Origin: Squalus acanthias
Lineage: Eukaryota
Reading direction: 5' to 3'
Assembly: GCA_030390025.1 (NCBI GenBank)
Contig: CM059438.1
Span: 64,296,001 to 64,360,000 of the forward strand
DNA: 64,000 nt
How positions within the stretch are numbered: the first letter of the stretch is position 1; each line of letters starts with the position of its first letter. Below, in pieces: positions 26,789 to 40,486 of this stretch. The position numbers and the translations under genes were made by a program. The notes beneath the pieces are model-generated. The model saw only the letters and a list, made by a program, of their open reading frames with translations. It had not been told where the DNA came from and ran no database searches.

Positions 26789-27556
26789 GGCCCAGAAATT
26801 AGGCCCCCTGGCTTCCCGCGGGTGCAAGGATCCCGCACGCACCTACCTACCGCGCCTGCCGTTGACCTCTGGGCCCACGGGGACTTCAGCTCCTGGGCCT
26901 GCCTCAACTGCCGGCGCGCAGTGCTTGCGTGTCCCAGGGGCGTAGTTAGTGCGATGCATCCCCTGGGATCACGTGGGCCATGGAGAGCCAATGGCAGCAG
27001 ACCATCTTTCATTCATAAATTTGACAGGAATACCTGTCAAATCTATTAATTGAAATCGGCCCCAAAACAACAGCTAAACTTCAAATAAATTTAAAAAAAA
27101 AACCATTACATTTTTAAAATAACTATAAGTTAAATAAATTAACTACTTTAAACAAAAATTAAAATTTTTGAAAAAATTAAAATACTTTTTAACAGTGCTA
27201 AAAATAAACTTACCTTTCTTTAAAGTATCTAAAATAGATAAACCTGTTGAAAATTTTTTTAAATTGTAATTAATTAACCACTTACCTTGTTGAAAACGGG
27301 TCCTGCGCCTCCTTTTTAAAAGTGCAGGTTCTTCAATACTTACCCTCCCGGAGAAACCTGAAAAAAAACCTAAGTTCGCTGCGTGCGCGCAGCCTCTCCC
27401 GCGCACGCGGTTCACCTCTGAACCGCTCCCTTCACGGGACCAGAAGTTCCGGTTTCCCGCGCATGCGCAGTGCATGCAGGAAACCGGCACTTCAGGAGGC
27501 CTTACGGGTGAGTACACAGTGCGTACTCACCCGGCAAGTGCCGAATTTTTGGCCCG
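26789..27556. mobile_element. Harbinger-type MITE (~770 bp)
   Basis: TIR-like ends GGCCCAGAAATT / AATTTTTGGCCC; similar along its length to 37565..38316. Confidence 0.8.
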
Positions 27557-28645
27557 ATCATTTCACTGCACATCGCGTGAGCACTGACCTCCTTCCACTG
27601 CAGCACAGGAATCTCTCCTTATATCACAAACGGACTGGTTTCCAAATGGATTTTCTTCCCCTTTTTTCACTCTAGATATTTTTGCCTTCTGTATTTCAGA
27701 CTACTGTCATTGGTGAGCTCTCACTCCCTACATACTTCAGAGAGCTTACACTTGCTCGAAGATCTAGGTACATTTAATAACATGCCCAGGATGACAAACC
27801 CCTTTTAGCTTCAGCTAATAATACTAACCCATGACATCAACAGGAACCTCCTTGGCTTTGGGAAGCAGTAGAATGACACGGCACTAGATCTTGTTTTAGG
27901 CTTTAACTGCCAAATCTTCAGGGCAGTGAGTAAAAAAGGAAATAAATGGAACATTTGCATTAATTTCCACAACAGTCATTAAGCTTTGTATAAATAATAA
28001 AAAGCAGTTCTCAATTTGATGCTAAACTTGGAATTGTAATCTGTTTTCTTATAAAACAGTAATTTTCCTTACGCTTTGGGAGTTACCTGGTTTAATTAAA
28101 TAAATGTCTAGATGGGCCAACTTCAAAAGATCCAGATAAAACTTATTGATCTAAAAAGTCCAGGCTAATAAATATCCCCAAACAGTTACCAAGGCTTAGC
28201 TGTTTTAAATAACTCACCATTAAATTCAATGGGAGTCGTGAATCGGATACATAACTGAACAAATCACACAGCATGTTTGGGTTTAAATTTCATGGCTTGG
28301 ATCCTCCCTTGAGCACACTGTCTGGAGAGCACCAACTAGTCAATTAAACATTCTTTAGACTGGAACATGAGTTCTGTCAGTGCAGCTAGTTTTTAACCCC
28401 TTATGTACCGGGCCTGAATTAAATAAGCCGGCACCACGCTAAAATATAAGACATAAATATGTTACTTTTGACATGTCTTAGCACTTCCCCACAGATACAC
28501 TGGCAGATCCCTTAGCAGGAGAGTCCAGGGTGGCATATTCTGTGAGAGGTTACCTCTCCACCTTCTTTCATGGGGAAAGGTCCATGACTTGGGAGGAAAC
28601 CCAAAGAGTGAGAAAATACATTAAAAATGAAAAAGAAAACACAAA

Positions 28646-29075
28646 GACTTGCATTTATATAGCACCTTTCATGACATCAGGACGTCCCAAAGCGCTTTAC
28701 AGCCAATGAAGTACTTTTGGAGTGTAGTCACTCTTGTGATGTAGGCAGCGCGGCAGCCAATTTGCCCACAGCAAGCTCCCAGAACCAACCATGTGATAAT
28801 GACCAGATAATATGTTTTTGTATTGTTAATTGAGGGATAAATATTGGCCAGGACACTGGGGATAACTCCCCAGCTCTTCTTCGAAATAGTGCCATGGGAT
28901 CTTTTAAGCCCACCTGAGAGAGCAGACAGGGCCTTGGTTTAATGTCTCATCCGAAAGACAGCACCTCCAACAGTGCAGCACTCCCTCAGCACTGCACTGG
29001 AGTCCCTGGAGTGGGACTTGAACCCACAAACCTCTGACTCAGAGGCGAGAGTGCTACCAACTGAGCCACGGCTGA
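28646..29075 (-). mobile_element. SINE, same family
   Basis: Homologous body and head. Confidence 0.8.
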
Positions 29076-29244
29076 TAAAATATAATTCAAGAGGACTGGG
29101 TGACTCTTGATGGCATATTTCCCTTTCACCTTTCAACTCAGGTTCATTTTCAGCGCAGACTGGTGAGATGAAGGCATTTTCTTTCTGCTGGGGTGTTAAG
29201 GTTGTATGTGAAATGAGCTTAGACAGTCTCAAATAGGTTTTTAG

Positions 29245-32200
29245 TCATAGAATCATTACGGCACAGAAGGAGACCAATCAGCCCATTGAGTCCATGCCGG
29301 CTCTCTGTAGAGCAATCCAGTCAGTCCCATTTCCCTGCTCTATCCACGTAGCCCTGCAAGTTTATTTCTCTCAAGTGCCTATCCAATTTCCTTTTGAAAT
29401 CATTGATCGTCTCCGCTTCCACCACCCTCGTCAGCAGCGAGTTCCAGGTCATTACCACTCGCTGCATAAAAAAGTTCTTCCTCACATACCCCCTGTATAT
29501 CTTGCCCAAAACCTTAAATCTGTGTCCCCTAGTCCTTGTACCATCAATTAATGGGAACAGCCTTTCTCTGTCTACCTTATCCAAACCCATCATAATCTTG
29601 TACACCTCTATCAAATCTCCCCTCAACCTCCTTAGCTCCAAGGAGAACAACCCCAGCTTCACCAACATAACCTTGTAGCTAAAATCCCTCATCCCTGGAA
29701 CCATTCTGGCAAATCTCCTCTGCACCCTCTCAAGGACCTTCACATCCTTCCTAAAGTGTGGTGACCAGAACTGGATGCAATACTCTAGTTGTGGCCTAAC
29801 CAGAGCTTTATAAAGGTTCAGTGTAACTTCCCTGCTTTTGTACTCAATACCTCTATTTATGAAGCCCAAGATACCATATGCTTTGCTAACTACTCTCTCA
29901 ATATGTCCCGCCACCTTCAAAGATCTATGCACAAGAACCCCAGGTCCCTCTGTCCCTGCACACTCTTTAAAACTGTGCCATTAAGTGTATATTGCCTCTC
30001 CCTATCCCTTCTGCCAAAATGCATCACCTCACACTTCTCTGTATTAAATTGCATCTGCCACTTGTCTGCCCATTCTGCTAGCCTATTTATGTCCTGTTGC
30101 AGATGATTGGTATCCTCCTCACTGTTTGCCATACCTCCAAGTTTGGTATCATCGGCAAATTTTGAAATTTTACTCTGTATTCCAATAACCAAGTCATTTT
30201 TATATATCAAAAAAGCAGGGGTCCCAGCATTGACCCTAGGGGAACACCAATGACTACCATCCTCCAGTCTGAAAAACAACCATTTACCACGACTCGCTGT
30301 TTTCTGTCCTTAAGCCAATTTCTTATCCAAGCTGAGACTAACCCTCCTATTCCATGAGTCTCAATTATGTTAACCAGCCTTTTATCTGGTACTTTGTCAA
30401 ATGCTTTCTTAAAATCCATATAGACAACATCCACTGCATTCCCTTCATCAACCTTCTCTGTTACTTCATCAAAAAATTCAATTAGATTAGTCAAACACAA
30501 TCTGCCTTTTACAAATCCGTGCTGGCTCTCCGTAATTAACTTAAATCTCTCCAAGTGCCTGTTAATTTTTTCCCTGATTATTGTTTCTAAAACCTTACCC
30601 ACCACTGATGTTAAACTAACCGGCCTATAGTTACTAGGATTGTCCTTACACCCTTTCTTGAACAAGGGTGTCACAATTGCCAATTTCCAATGCTCTGGCA
30701 CCTCCCCCGTATCTAGGGAAGATTGGAAGATTATGGCAAGCCCTTCCGCTATCTCCACCCCCACTTCCCTTAGCAACCTGGGATGCAAGCCATCCGGACC
30801 AGGCGACTTATCCACTCTAAGCATATCCAGCCTTTCAAGTACATCCGGCCGATCAATTTTCACCCCATCCATTACCTCTACCATCTCCGCTTCTACCGAT
30901 ATTTTGTCAGCATCCTCTTCCTTAGTAAACACTGATACAAAGTACTCATTAAGTATTCTAGCCTTGCCCTGCACCTCTAAGCATATATCACCTTCTTTGT
31001 CTCTAATAGGCCCCACCCCGCCTCTTACTATCTGCTTAGAAGATTTTTGGGTTCCCTTTTATGTTAACTGCCATTCTGTTCTCATATTCTCTCTTTGCCA
31101 GTCTTATTTTCCTCTTCACTTCCCCTCTCAACTTATTGTAATGGGTCTGGTTCTCCCTTGAAGAATTCATCTGACAAGCATCATACACCCTCTTTTTTTG
31201 TTTCATCATATTCTCTATCTCCCTTATCATCCAAGGAGCCCTGGCTTTGGTTCCCCTACCTTTCCCTCTTGTTGGAAAGTACCTAGCCTTTACCTGAAAC
31301 ATCTCCTCCTTAAAGATCACCCGTTGTTCCGTTACAGTTTTTCCTGTCAAACTTTGGTTCCATTTTACCTTGGCTAGATCCCCTCTCAATCCATTGAAGT
31401 TAGCCCTCTTCCAATTTAAACGTTCTACTTTAGATTGTTCCTTGCTCTTCTCCATTACTAATCTAAATCTTATGATACGATGATCACTCTTACCCAAGTG
31501 TTCTCCCACAGACACTTGGTCCATTTGGCCCACCTCGTTCCCCAGCACCAGATCCAGCAATGCCTTCTTGCTAGTTGGGCCGAGAACATACTGGTCAAGG
31601 AAGTTCTCCTGAACACATTTCAGAAATTCTTCCCCCTCCTTTCCCTTTACTCTAACATTATCCCAATTGACATTTGGGTAATTAAAGTCCCCCAATATCA
31701 CCACTCTATAGTTCTTGCATATCTCTGTGATTTCCCTGCAGATTTGCTCCTCTAGCTCTCTCTCACTATTTGGAGGCCTATAGAATACCCCCAATAGCGT
31801 GATCATACCTTTTTTGCTTCTCAACTCTAACCAAATGGATTCTGTCCTTGCTCCCTCAAGGACATCCTCTCTTTCCAACACTACAATGTCTTCTTAATCA
31901 GTACTGCCATTCCACCTCCCTTTTTTTCCTTCCCTATCTTTTCTGAACGCCTTGTATCCTTGAATATTAAGCATCCAGTCCTCACCATTTTTAAGCCACG
32001 TTTCTGTTATTGCCACTACATCATATTGCCACATGGCTAATTGTGCTTGTAGCTCACCAACCTTATTCACCACACTTTGTGCGTTTACATACATGCATTT
32101 CATACCTGTCTTTATATTCCTCGTAGTCCTTCTTAGTCTGCTCCCATCTAATATGGTACTACTTCCTTCTCTAGTACTATCAACACTCTCCCTCTATTTA

Positions 32201-32270
32201 TGCACCTTATTCCTCTTTTCTACTTCTTTATGCTGGTGCCCTCCCCCCTGTCAATTTAGTTTAAACCCTC
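29245..32270 (-). mobile_element. CR1 LINE with near-complete but frameshifted ORF2
   Basis: MKCMYVNAQS, AITETW, GDFNYP, GKSDH, YRPVSLTS, DFKKAFD, KFADDTKL in consecutive minus-strand ORFs. Confidence 0.95.
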
Positions 32271-32484
32271 CCCTGAAGGGATTATTACTAGTCCTAGCCC
32301 CTTTAGGGCTACCCCGGATAAGTTGCATTCCCCAGACGTTCACTTTCAACTAAAGTTTAAGGTAGCCAAATCCTAAAGACGCTTAATTGGATCTAAAGGT
32401 CCAGACTATCACTCCCTAAAGGAAAGGAACCAGCTGAAGATGTTACCGTCCTCCAGATAACACTTTTAATAAGTTTAGCTAAAC

Positions 32485-33540
32485 TGTAACGTTCCGGATA
32501 TTATGAGGGTTCGGAAAACTCCCTCAGAATTCTGCAACTCCTCACTAAAGAGCGTACAGAGATTGAGTTTGCGAGTTTGATACAGAAGTATTATGTGAGA
32601 CAATCCTACAAATATATAGATTTATTAAAGAACCGACATGTAATTACAGTAGGTGTTTCAATCGCAACATTAACAGTTCCAAAAAAGAGTAAGCTTTTAC
32701 AATCTTATTATCAGAGATCCTTATTCTCAAATCTTAACTTTGTTACATTTTTACAGTTCTTAGTCTTATTCCAGGATATCCACCAAAATCAAATACAATA
32801 CCGTTGATCCCAGAGATACAAAGAGTTGTAGACTTACAGAGCTTGCCTCTGAAGCCGAGAATCGCTTTGCCCCTTTACAGCGAGACTATCATCCCATTTG
32901 AAAGTTCAATTTTTATACCCTTTTGCAGTGGTTTTTCCTTTGAAGTTTTCTGCTGATGTAAGCTAATTATCTCTAGTCATTTTTCTGCTGACCCCTGCTA
33001 TTTTTACAGTCAGTTCAGCTGGTAGCATTAAGAATCGTGTATCTACCTTTAGGTGTTCGAAGCTTATCATAAAAACGATGTGGAGCAGGTGCATCTATTT
33101 GATGTCATTCTTACCAAAGTCTTCTGTTTGTGTCTTTTTATGACGTGTAAATTAAAACAACCTCAACCAGGGTGATCTATGCAATTCTTAAGTCACTTCA
33201 GCTGGTTGCAACACAGAATCATGTCTCCTGTCTGTAGGTGTTCTAAGTTTAACATAAAAACGATTTTACATCAGCTGTTTCTTTTACTTGATGTCATTTT
33301 TACGAAGGCATATGTTTCTTCTTTTATGTGCCTGTTTACGAAATGTACTTTAGAACACCTTAACAGGGTGTACGATTGTCTTTTTCCAATTCTGCAGACT
33401 TCGGGAGCCTCCAACCTCCTGTTTCAATTAGGTTATTGATTCAGTGTCAACAACTTATCTTATCTCAATCGCCTGTATGCTGTTTACAGCTTTTCCATTG
33501 TTAGGTTTTTAGATTTTCAAGCCCAGTTTGTCATGTTACA
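32485..33540 (-). mobile_element. Candidate solo LTR of an unrelated family (1056 bp)
   Basis: TGTAAC...GTTACA ends; TATAAAA then AATAAA in the expected order on the minus strand; internal degenerate duplication; no clean TSD. Confidence 0.45.
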
Positions 33541-35848
33541 AAGGCCAGAATTCTTTCATAGAATGGTGTATTTTTCTGAATATGGCTTATTCCTTCACAC
33601 CCCGACCCGTGGCCGGAAGCACAGAGCTGGTCCTAATTTTGTAATAAGTTTTCAATCTTGCTTAGAACAGCTACAGATGGCTCATGCAGAAAAGGGGAAT
33701 ATCAGACCAATGGGCTGGAGGATGCAGTTCCAAAATTGGCACTGAGGAGCATTGCTGTGGAAGCGTCATGGAAACTTGACTCTGTCCTCGGGTGGGCATC
33801 TGTCTTTCGGATAAATTGTTAAACTGAGGCCTGTGTTTCAGCTGCCTGTTCAGCTGCACTTTAAAGATCACGTGGCACTGTTCAGAGAAGAACAGGGAGT
33901 TCTCCAGTGTCTTGCCCAATATTACTCCCTCCAAAAGAATGGACCATTTATCTCACTGCTGCTTGTAGAACGCTGCTGGCGTGGAATGGCGCCCATGCTT
34001 GCCTACATAACAACAGCCACTGCACGACAAAAGTAGCTCACTGTGTGAAGCACTTCGAAACATTTCAATTCAAGTATTATTTATTTTGTATTAACCAGGG
34101 AGTTTTAGATGCTGACACTAAGTGCCCGAAGCAGTAAAGTATGATGCTGAAAGAAACCCTAACATTACAGTGATAAGTGTCAGCAGTAGGTCGAATACCG
34201 TAATATTAACTTTGTACTAAGATAATCACTGAAAACATCTTTAAGCATAAATTAAGGATTTAGAAGATTTCTATTTACTTTCCTTGGGGGTAATTTTGAC
34301 TTTGTGTTATAGTGTAAATCAGGTGATGGCGAATCGGCAGCTCATTTTACATCTCTCATGATTTTTGATTGCATTGATTTCAATGGAAATAAAAATCGGG
34401 ATAGATGAAAAACGGGCTGCTGATTCACCGTCACCCCTTTTGCACTAACGCACAAAGCCAAGATTATCCCCTCTTGCCTCTTCTTTTTCTCCTATTCCAT
34501 CATTTGCCTCTTCTCTTCTGTTTTGACTTCATTTTGAAACTTTACTTTGAAAAAATTTACCCGAACGGAACTTTTTCCCAGACTTTTCCCTTTCTTTTTT
34601 TTTCTCCACGTTTAAGCTTGCTCATCATATTGGGTCTAAAGGGTCCAAACATTCATGCTCGAGCTGGCATCCACACCATTCCAAGATGGTCTTTGATTGA
34701 ATGAATACCACGCCAAAGGCTGTTTCTTCAACTAGTCAAGGCCTAGACCTTTAAAGACTTATCCTGATCACATACTGAAGCTTCTTTCTTGCACTCATTA
34801 TGATGACATACGAATATATTTAAATGTAATATTATAATGAACCTAATTAAATACTTGTTTATTTTTAACATCCTCTGTTCCTAACATTTCAACAGTTTCA
34901 GCATAAGTGCTGACTGTCTCAGATCTATTTCTACAGGAAATAATGAGAACACAGTCTGCTGTGATCTTGTAAGCATATTTTTGGTGCTGCATTGAAATAT
35001 ATACTCTGTGCTAAGCCAGGCATTGATCAATAACTTAGTCCACTGTGAGGGAACAATAGGGAATTCTCTGCATGCAGAGTAAGAGATGGTTAGATGGGAG
35101 TGTAGGCGACAAGTGTTGGAAGTTATCTTGTACATAGCATCGACTGAAGCTCCATGATTTCTGCTGCCTTGAGCTCACTTGTTGGTCTGTGTAGTTTATT
35201 TTATTCACAGGTACATGAAGTCTCGATATTTACTTCTTGAGATCGCATGAAACATTCGGGAAGGGGTTCCGAAGCTCCATTGCTGACCTACTAGATTAAA
35301 AAAAAAACACACCCACCCACTTAACACCATGCAGAACAGGAGACCCCAGGTTTGAGTTAACTGAGTTTGATGAGCGACTCGTCAGAAAGAGGGAGGGAAA
35401 AAACAGGATCAGCTGGGGTTCCCATTCTTGATAGTTATCCAGCAACGCAAAAACACGGATATCAACCAATAATGGGATCAGGCATGGCTGTGATGCCTTC
35501 CACAGTGAAAGTCACTTGCCCAAGGGTTTATATTTTGAGTGCTGTTGTGTGGTGTGCATGTGACTGTATTTCATGTTAAAATACACTGTAAACCCCTATG
35601 CCAACTGATCCTTATGGGATTTTCCATTTGCTATATGAACTGACTATCATAACCCTCTGCATGTATCTTCGCGTGCACTTCTCCAATCTTCCAAAAGGCG
35701 GACTAATTAACAGCTTAGTGAGACGAGGCCAGATACTACAAATCTTTATTCTGCGTAATTTTACAGTCAGTAAGTGAACCTACAAAGTAACAGTTGTAGG
35801 AAATCTCGCCTTACTTCAACTTAACTTCATTCCCTCCTTGTAAATAAT

Positions 35849-36725
35849 AGCCCTGAGTTTGCGGTTGGCGGTGTAGCTAAGGAGTACGTCACCACCATCC
35901 GAACAAAATCCGCACTTACCTCATGCAAACCTCCCTTCGTGAAGTTGCTTTCAGATGCTGCAGAGTTGAGTGGCGAAGTGACAGCGTTCGCTGCTGACCT
36001 CGAAGAAAGCCACCCACAAAGTTTTAGCGGGCTCTGTGGTGTCGATTTCCATTTTTCCGACGTGACTTTCCATCTGCCGCTATCTATAGGGGATCTGTGA
36101 CGTCCAGCAACAGTGATGTCATCAAGCAGTCTGAGCAGCAAATCACAGTGAAGAATTCTCACAGACAGCAAACCAGGAAGTAAAAAGCAGGTTTTCTCAT
36201 TCATTTTTTAATCATTTTACAGAATGCAAAATAAAGATTAGACATACACATGGGATTAAGGTGGAAGCTGAAATATGTAAACAAAGTTGAAAAAAAAATA
36301 TAAATTAATTTTTAATATTTTAAAAATCTATGGAATTTTTATCATGGAATGGAGGAAATGACGCTCCAAATATAAAATGAGTTTTTCAGGGCCAAAGTGG
36401 TTGTTCAGCAGTAATTATGACTTAGTACTCCAGTAAAAACTTAGTTTCACCTCATTCAACAAGGCTTAACTTTTTCAAAGGCTTTTTACAGCGAGAATAG
36501 TCCGTAAAAAGTTGAAGTTCACGTCAAATCACTGATTTCTAATCGATTCTATCTGCAAAGACTGCAACAGCACACCCTGTGGAAGAGCAGTGTATTACTG
36601 ACAGCAGCCTCCGAATTTCCGCATTTAACTGCACATGTGCGAATGTCAGAAGTTTCTGTCAGTTTTAGAGTACTGACGACAAATGCTGACAGTTTCTCTG
36701 TTATTACAACCACAGATTCCGGGCC
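35849..36725. mobile_element. Older Harbinger-type MITE
   Basis: Degenerate TIRs AGCCCTGAGTTTGCGGTT / AACCACAGATTCCGGGCC; AAT TSD. Confidence 0.65.
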
Positions 36726-37531
36726 AATGAGACTCCAAAGCTCCCAGGTGAGCTGATTAGAACAAGTCTATCTGTTTCTGTCACACTGATAGAAAAGATG
36801 TTGGATCTTTAACAATTAACCATTTCAAATCCTAAAACTGAGTTCATATCAGAAACATAATACAGCCAATGCAAAAAAAAAATGCATGCTTGGTCAAACA
36901 GCCAATAATCTCTGCTGGAGACATCCATTTTATAGAGGGAAATGGTATACAAAGTAAAAATCTTGCGTGAAGTTTGTTCAAAAGTTGATAATTCCTTTAT
37001 CTGCAGAGAAGCATAGCGGATTACTCTTGGCTCCGTGGTAGCCCCACATGCCTTCACTGATGGGGGGCCCCCATGCGCGTCTCAGAAGCGCGCCATTGAG
37101 AATAATAGTCTAAGAGCAGTAGGACCTTGAGAAGTCATGCTGCCTGCTAGAAATGCAAAGTATTCACTCCCTCTGTTTTTGATGCTTCATTAATGGTTTC
37201 CCCTCACCATGGACCATCCTAGGCTAAAAGACAGGGAAAAATAGCTTGAGAGGGCTTGTACTTACATTTCCTCTCCCTCCTTGTGATGAGGCCTACAATC
37301 ACTGTCAACTAACAATGCTAAGGGTTGGCTACTCAATACTGCTACAGCCCAGGTCCTACCACTCTACATTGTCCATGTGTTCTGTTTCCACATTCACTGT
37401 ACCTGCAGTTAACTCAAACTGTAAAGTGGTTACTCCAAATCTTGTGCTTTATTCGATCTTAATTGCTCTCATGTTTGGATATTCACTTCCAACATTGGCA
37501 ACACTTGTAGTTGTTGAGTCCCGCGAATTTT

Positions 37532-38640
37532 GGACTGAGGGAGTGCGGCACTGCCGGAGATGTTGGGCCAGAAATTCGGCTCTCCGGCTTCCCGCGGGTG
37601 CAAGGATCGCGCGCCTACTTACCTACCGCGCCTGCCGTTGTGCTTCGGGCCCGCGTGGACATCGGCTCCTGGGCCTCCTGCAGCTGCCGGCGCACAGTGC
37701 TTGTGTATCCCAGGGGCGCAGTTAGTTTGAAGCGTCCCCTGGGATCACGTGGGCCATGGAGAGCCAATCGGAGCAGGGAATCTCCATTCATAGATTTTGA
37801 CAGGAAGACCTGTCAAATTTATGAATAGAGATCAGCCCCAAAACCTCACTTAAACTTCAAATATATATTTTTTTAAATCACATTTTTAAAATAACTATAA
37901 ATTACATAAATTAACTACTTTAAACAAAAATTTTAATTCTTGAAAAAATTTATTACACTTTTTAACGGTGCTAAAAATAAACTTACCTTTCTTTAAAGTA
38001 TGTAAAAAAGATAAACCTGTTGAAAAAATGTTTAAATTCTACTTAATTCACCACTTACCTTGTTAAAAGCAGGCCTTGCGCCTCCTTTTTTCCTGCGCAG
38101 CTTCTCCGTACTTACCCTCACGGAGAAACCTGAAAAAAAAATGAAGTTCGCTGCGTGCGCGCTGCCTCTCCGGTGCACGCGGTTGACCCTCGAACCCCTT
38201 CTTTCACGAGACCGGAAGTTCCGGTTTCCTGTGCATGTGCGAAACCGGCACTTCCGGTGGCCATACGGGTGAGTACACAGCGCGTAGTCACCCGTGGAGA
38301 CCCGAATTTCTGCTCCGTTGTCTTTCGGATGAGACGTTAAGCCGGGGCCCCATCTGCCCTCTCTGGTGGACGCAAATGATCCCATGGCACTATTTCGAAG
38401 AAGAGCAGGGGAGTTCTCCCTGGTGTCCTGGCCAATATTTATCCCTCAGCCAACATCACAAAAACAAATTATCTGGTCATTATCACATTGCTGTTTGTGA
38501 GAGCATGCTGTGCACTAATTGGCTGCCACGTTTCCTACCTTACAACAGTGAGTACACTTCAAAATAGTTCACAGGCTGTAAAGTGCTTTGGGATGTTCTG
38601 AGGTCATGAAAAGCGTTATAGAAATGCAAATTCTTTCTTT
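37532..38640 (+). mobile_element. SINE, same family, split by a MITE
   Basis: SINE body continues on both sides of 37565..38316. Confidence 0.75.
37565..38316. mobile_element. Harbinger-type MITE inserted in a SINE
   Basis: TIR GGGCCAGAAATTCGG / CCGAATTTCTGCTCC; GTT TSD. Confidence 0.85.
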
Positions 38641-40486
38641 TTTTAAAATGCAGCCGTTTTGACTTTGGTGCTAGGCAACGGTGCTTGGACGCTGCACAAG
38701 GGATTGCAAATGTTTAGAGCATCTCCAGTTGTCTCCCTGATTTTTATGGTGCAATCTCCCATTCACAGTCCACCAAATCCTCTTTACTCACCTGTTGTCT
38801 ATTCAGTGCCATTTCACAGCCTGAGCATGGGGCAGGAATTTTCAGCGCTTTCCAGCATTTTAAACCTCTCTGTGAAATTAGTTAGCGCTCTTTGCTCTTG
38901 TCTTTTTACCTGTTGTTCTCACCTCCCCTCCCCCGCTCTCTTTGCTTTGGCCAGTCCCATTCGAGTGGCTTTCTCACTATCAATTCCGACTCAGGATTTC
39001 AATCGCAAAGACTAATTTATTCTCTTTCAGATGCTGACAGATGTTGTAAGATTATTTTTCTCTCTTGTTCGCAATACAAGAGGCTAAGAATCAGGCGAGA
39101 CACTCGTTATTTTCCAACTTTCAAGAATTTAATTTGACATACAACGTGACAGGTTGTACCAGAAAGAAAGTATTAACTTTTCATACAACCGTTTTCTAGC
39201 GAGTACAACTCATTGATCGAGTTCTTTGTCCTGGGAGAAAGAGAAGGTTCCTCTCCTACGCCGTCTTGTCCTGATGTCGCATTGTGGTTTTCCTCAAAAC
39301 CCTTGTAGAATGGACTGTTTTATTTGGTTTTCTTTCCAAAATCTGCTGTTTAATTAAACATCAAAGAATCTCTTACCAGTTTGCAGGCCTTGCTTCCTTA
39401 TCTCTGCAGCTGTCAGCATTGTTTTCTCTTCTCAGTCCTTCAGGTATAATCTTACAACGACTCCCTTCACAGTCTTGCTGACATCAGCGTTTCTCTCTCC
39501 AAACATCCTGGGCAATAAGCAAAGACCATCAAGCATTCTGTTTTTGGTCAAGCTGACAATTCTGAGTTCTTTACCAAGAAAGCGAGGGGTTCAAATCCAT
39601 TATATTCGTCTTCTTTAAAACAAGTGTCAAAAGTCCATAATGAAAAGTCCAATATCCTCAATATGTTGCGCATTTCCCTCCCTTTTCCATTTTTATTTCA
39701 TTTACTCTTTTGCTTCCGTTACTTTAACACAAAAAAACTTTCCCACATCTACCCCACCGATTCACAACTCTGAATTTAACAAGCTGTACCAGGTTCGCTC
39801 CCTCTAATAATCTCTTTTCACGACTGACAATGGGAGCCACGCTTTCTGTACAAGGAAAAAAGAGAGGGGGCCATTTTAATGCCGCTTTTTATATTGTTGC
39901 AAAGAATGAGTTCAGCGAGGGAATTAGTTCAGTCAGTTCCAACTTTAGATCCGGCGAAACACTCATCAAATTGACAGATGGGAATCTGAATAGAAACGTG
40001 CCATTGGGGTGAGATTCTCAGTTGGGAGCTCCCGTCGGCAATATTAGAACAATGATGGACCATCGCAAAGCACAAACACAGGCCCCTTCCCTTTGGCTGA
40101 TGTTGTGATGGCTTCATTCCGCACTAATTATTCTGCGCGCTGCACACTCCCACCAGAATCACTGAAACATTAAATGAGATGAGCTTGTCATTAAAATGTT
40201 TCGCTGCCTAACAAGGTGCTGTGGCTTTGTGCTGACAAATACCTCGCAGCTTCCTGTAATTTTAGGCAGCTTTCACTGTGAGGTGGCACTGTGAGAGGGA
40301 TGGTAACTATCGCAAGCAACAAACTGATCCCAGCGGTAAAAGCGGTTGCTGGCGGGATCATTTATCCGTGCATCAATTCCCTCGCCGTCGTCTATGCCGT
40401 CGCAATCTCGAAGGAGGATTGCGTTCCACTAACCTGCCCAGCTGCCATCTTGTGGGGCCTAGCAATTCTTGTTGCAGCGTCAACTG

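Noticed and set aside
39040..39750. Another solo LTR
   Set aside because: The composition is suggestive, but I could not define matching termini or a TSD.
40481..40486. 6-bp TSD CAACTG
   Set aside because: The CA on the right side belongs to the LTR terminus (both LTRs end CTTACA), so the TSD is the 4-bp ACTG.
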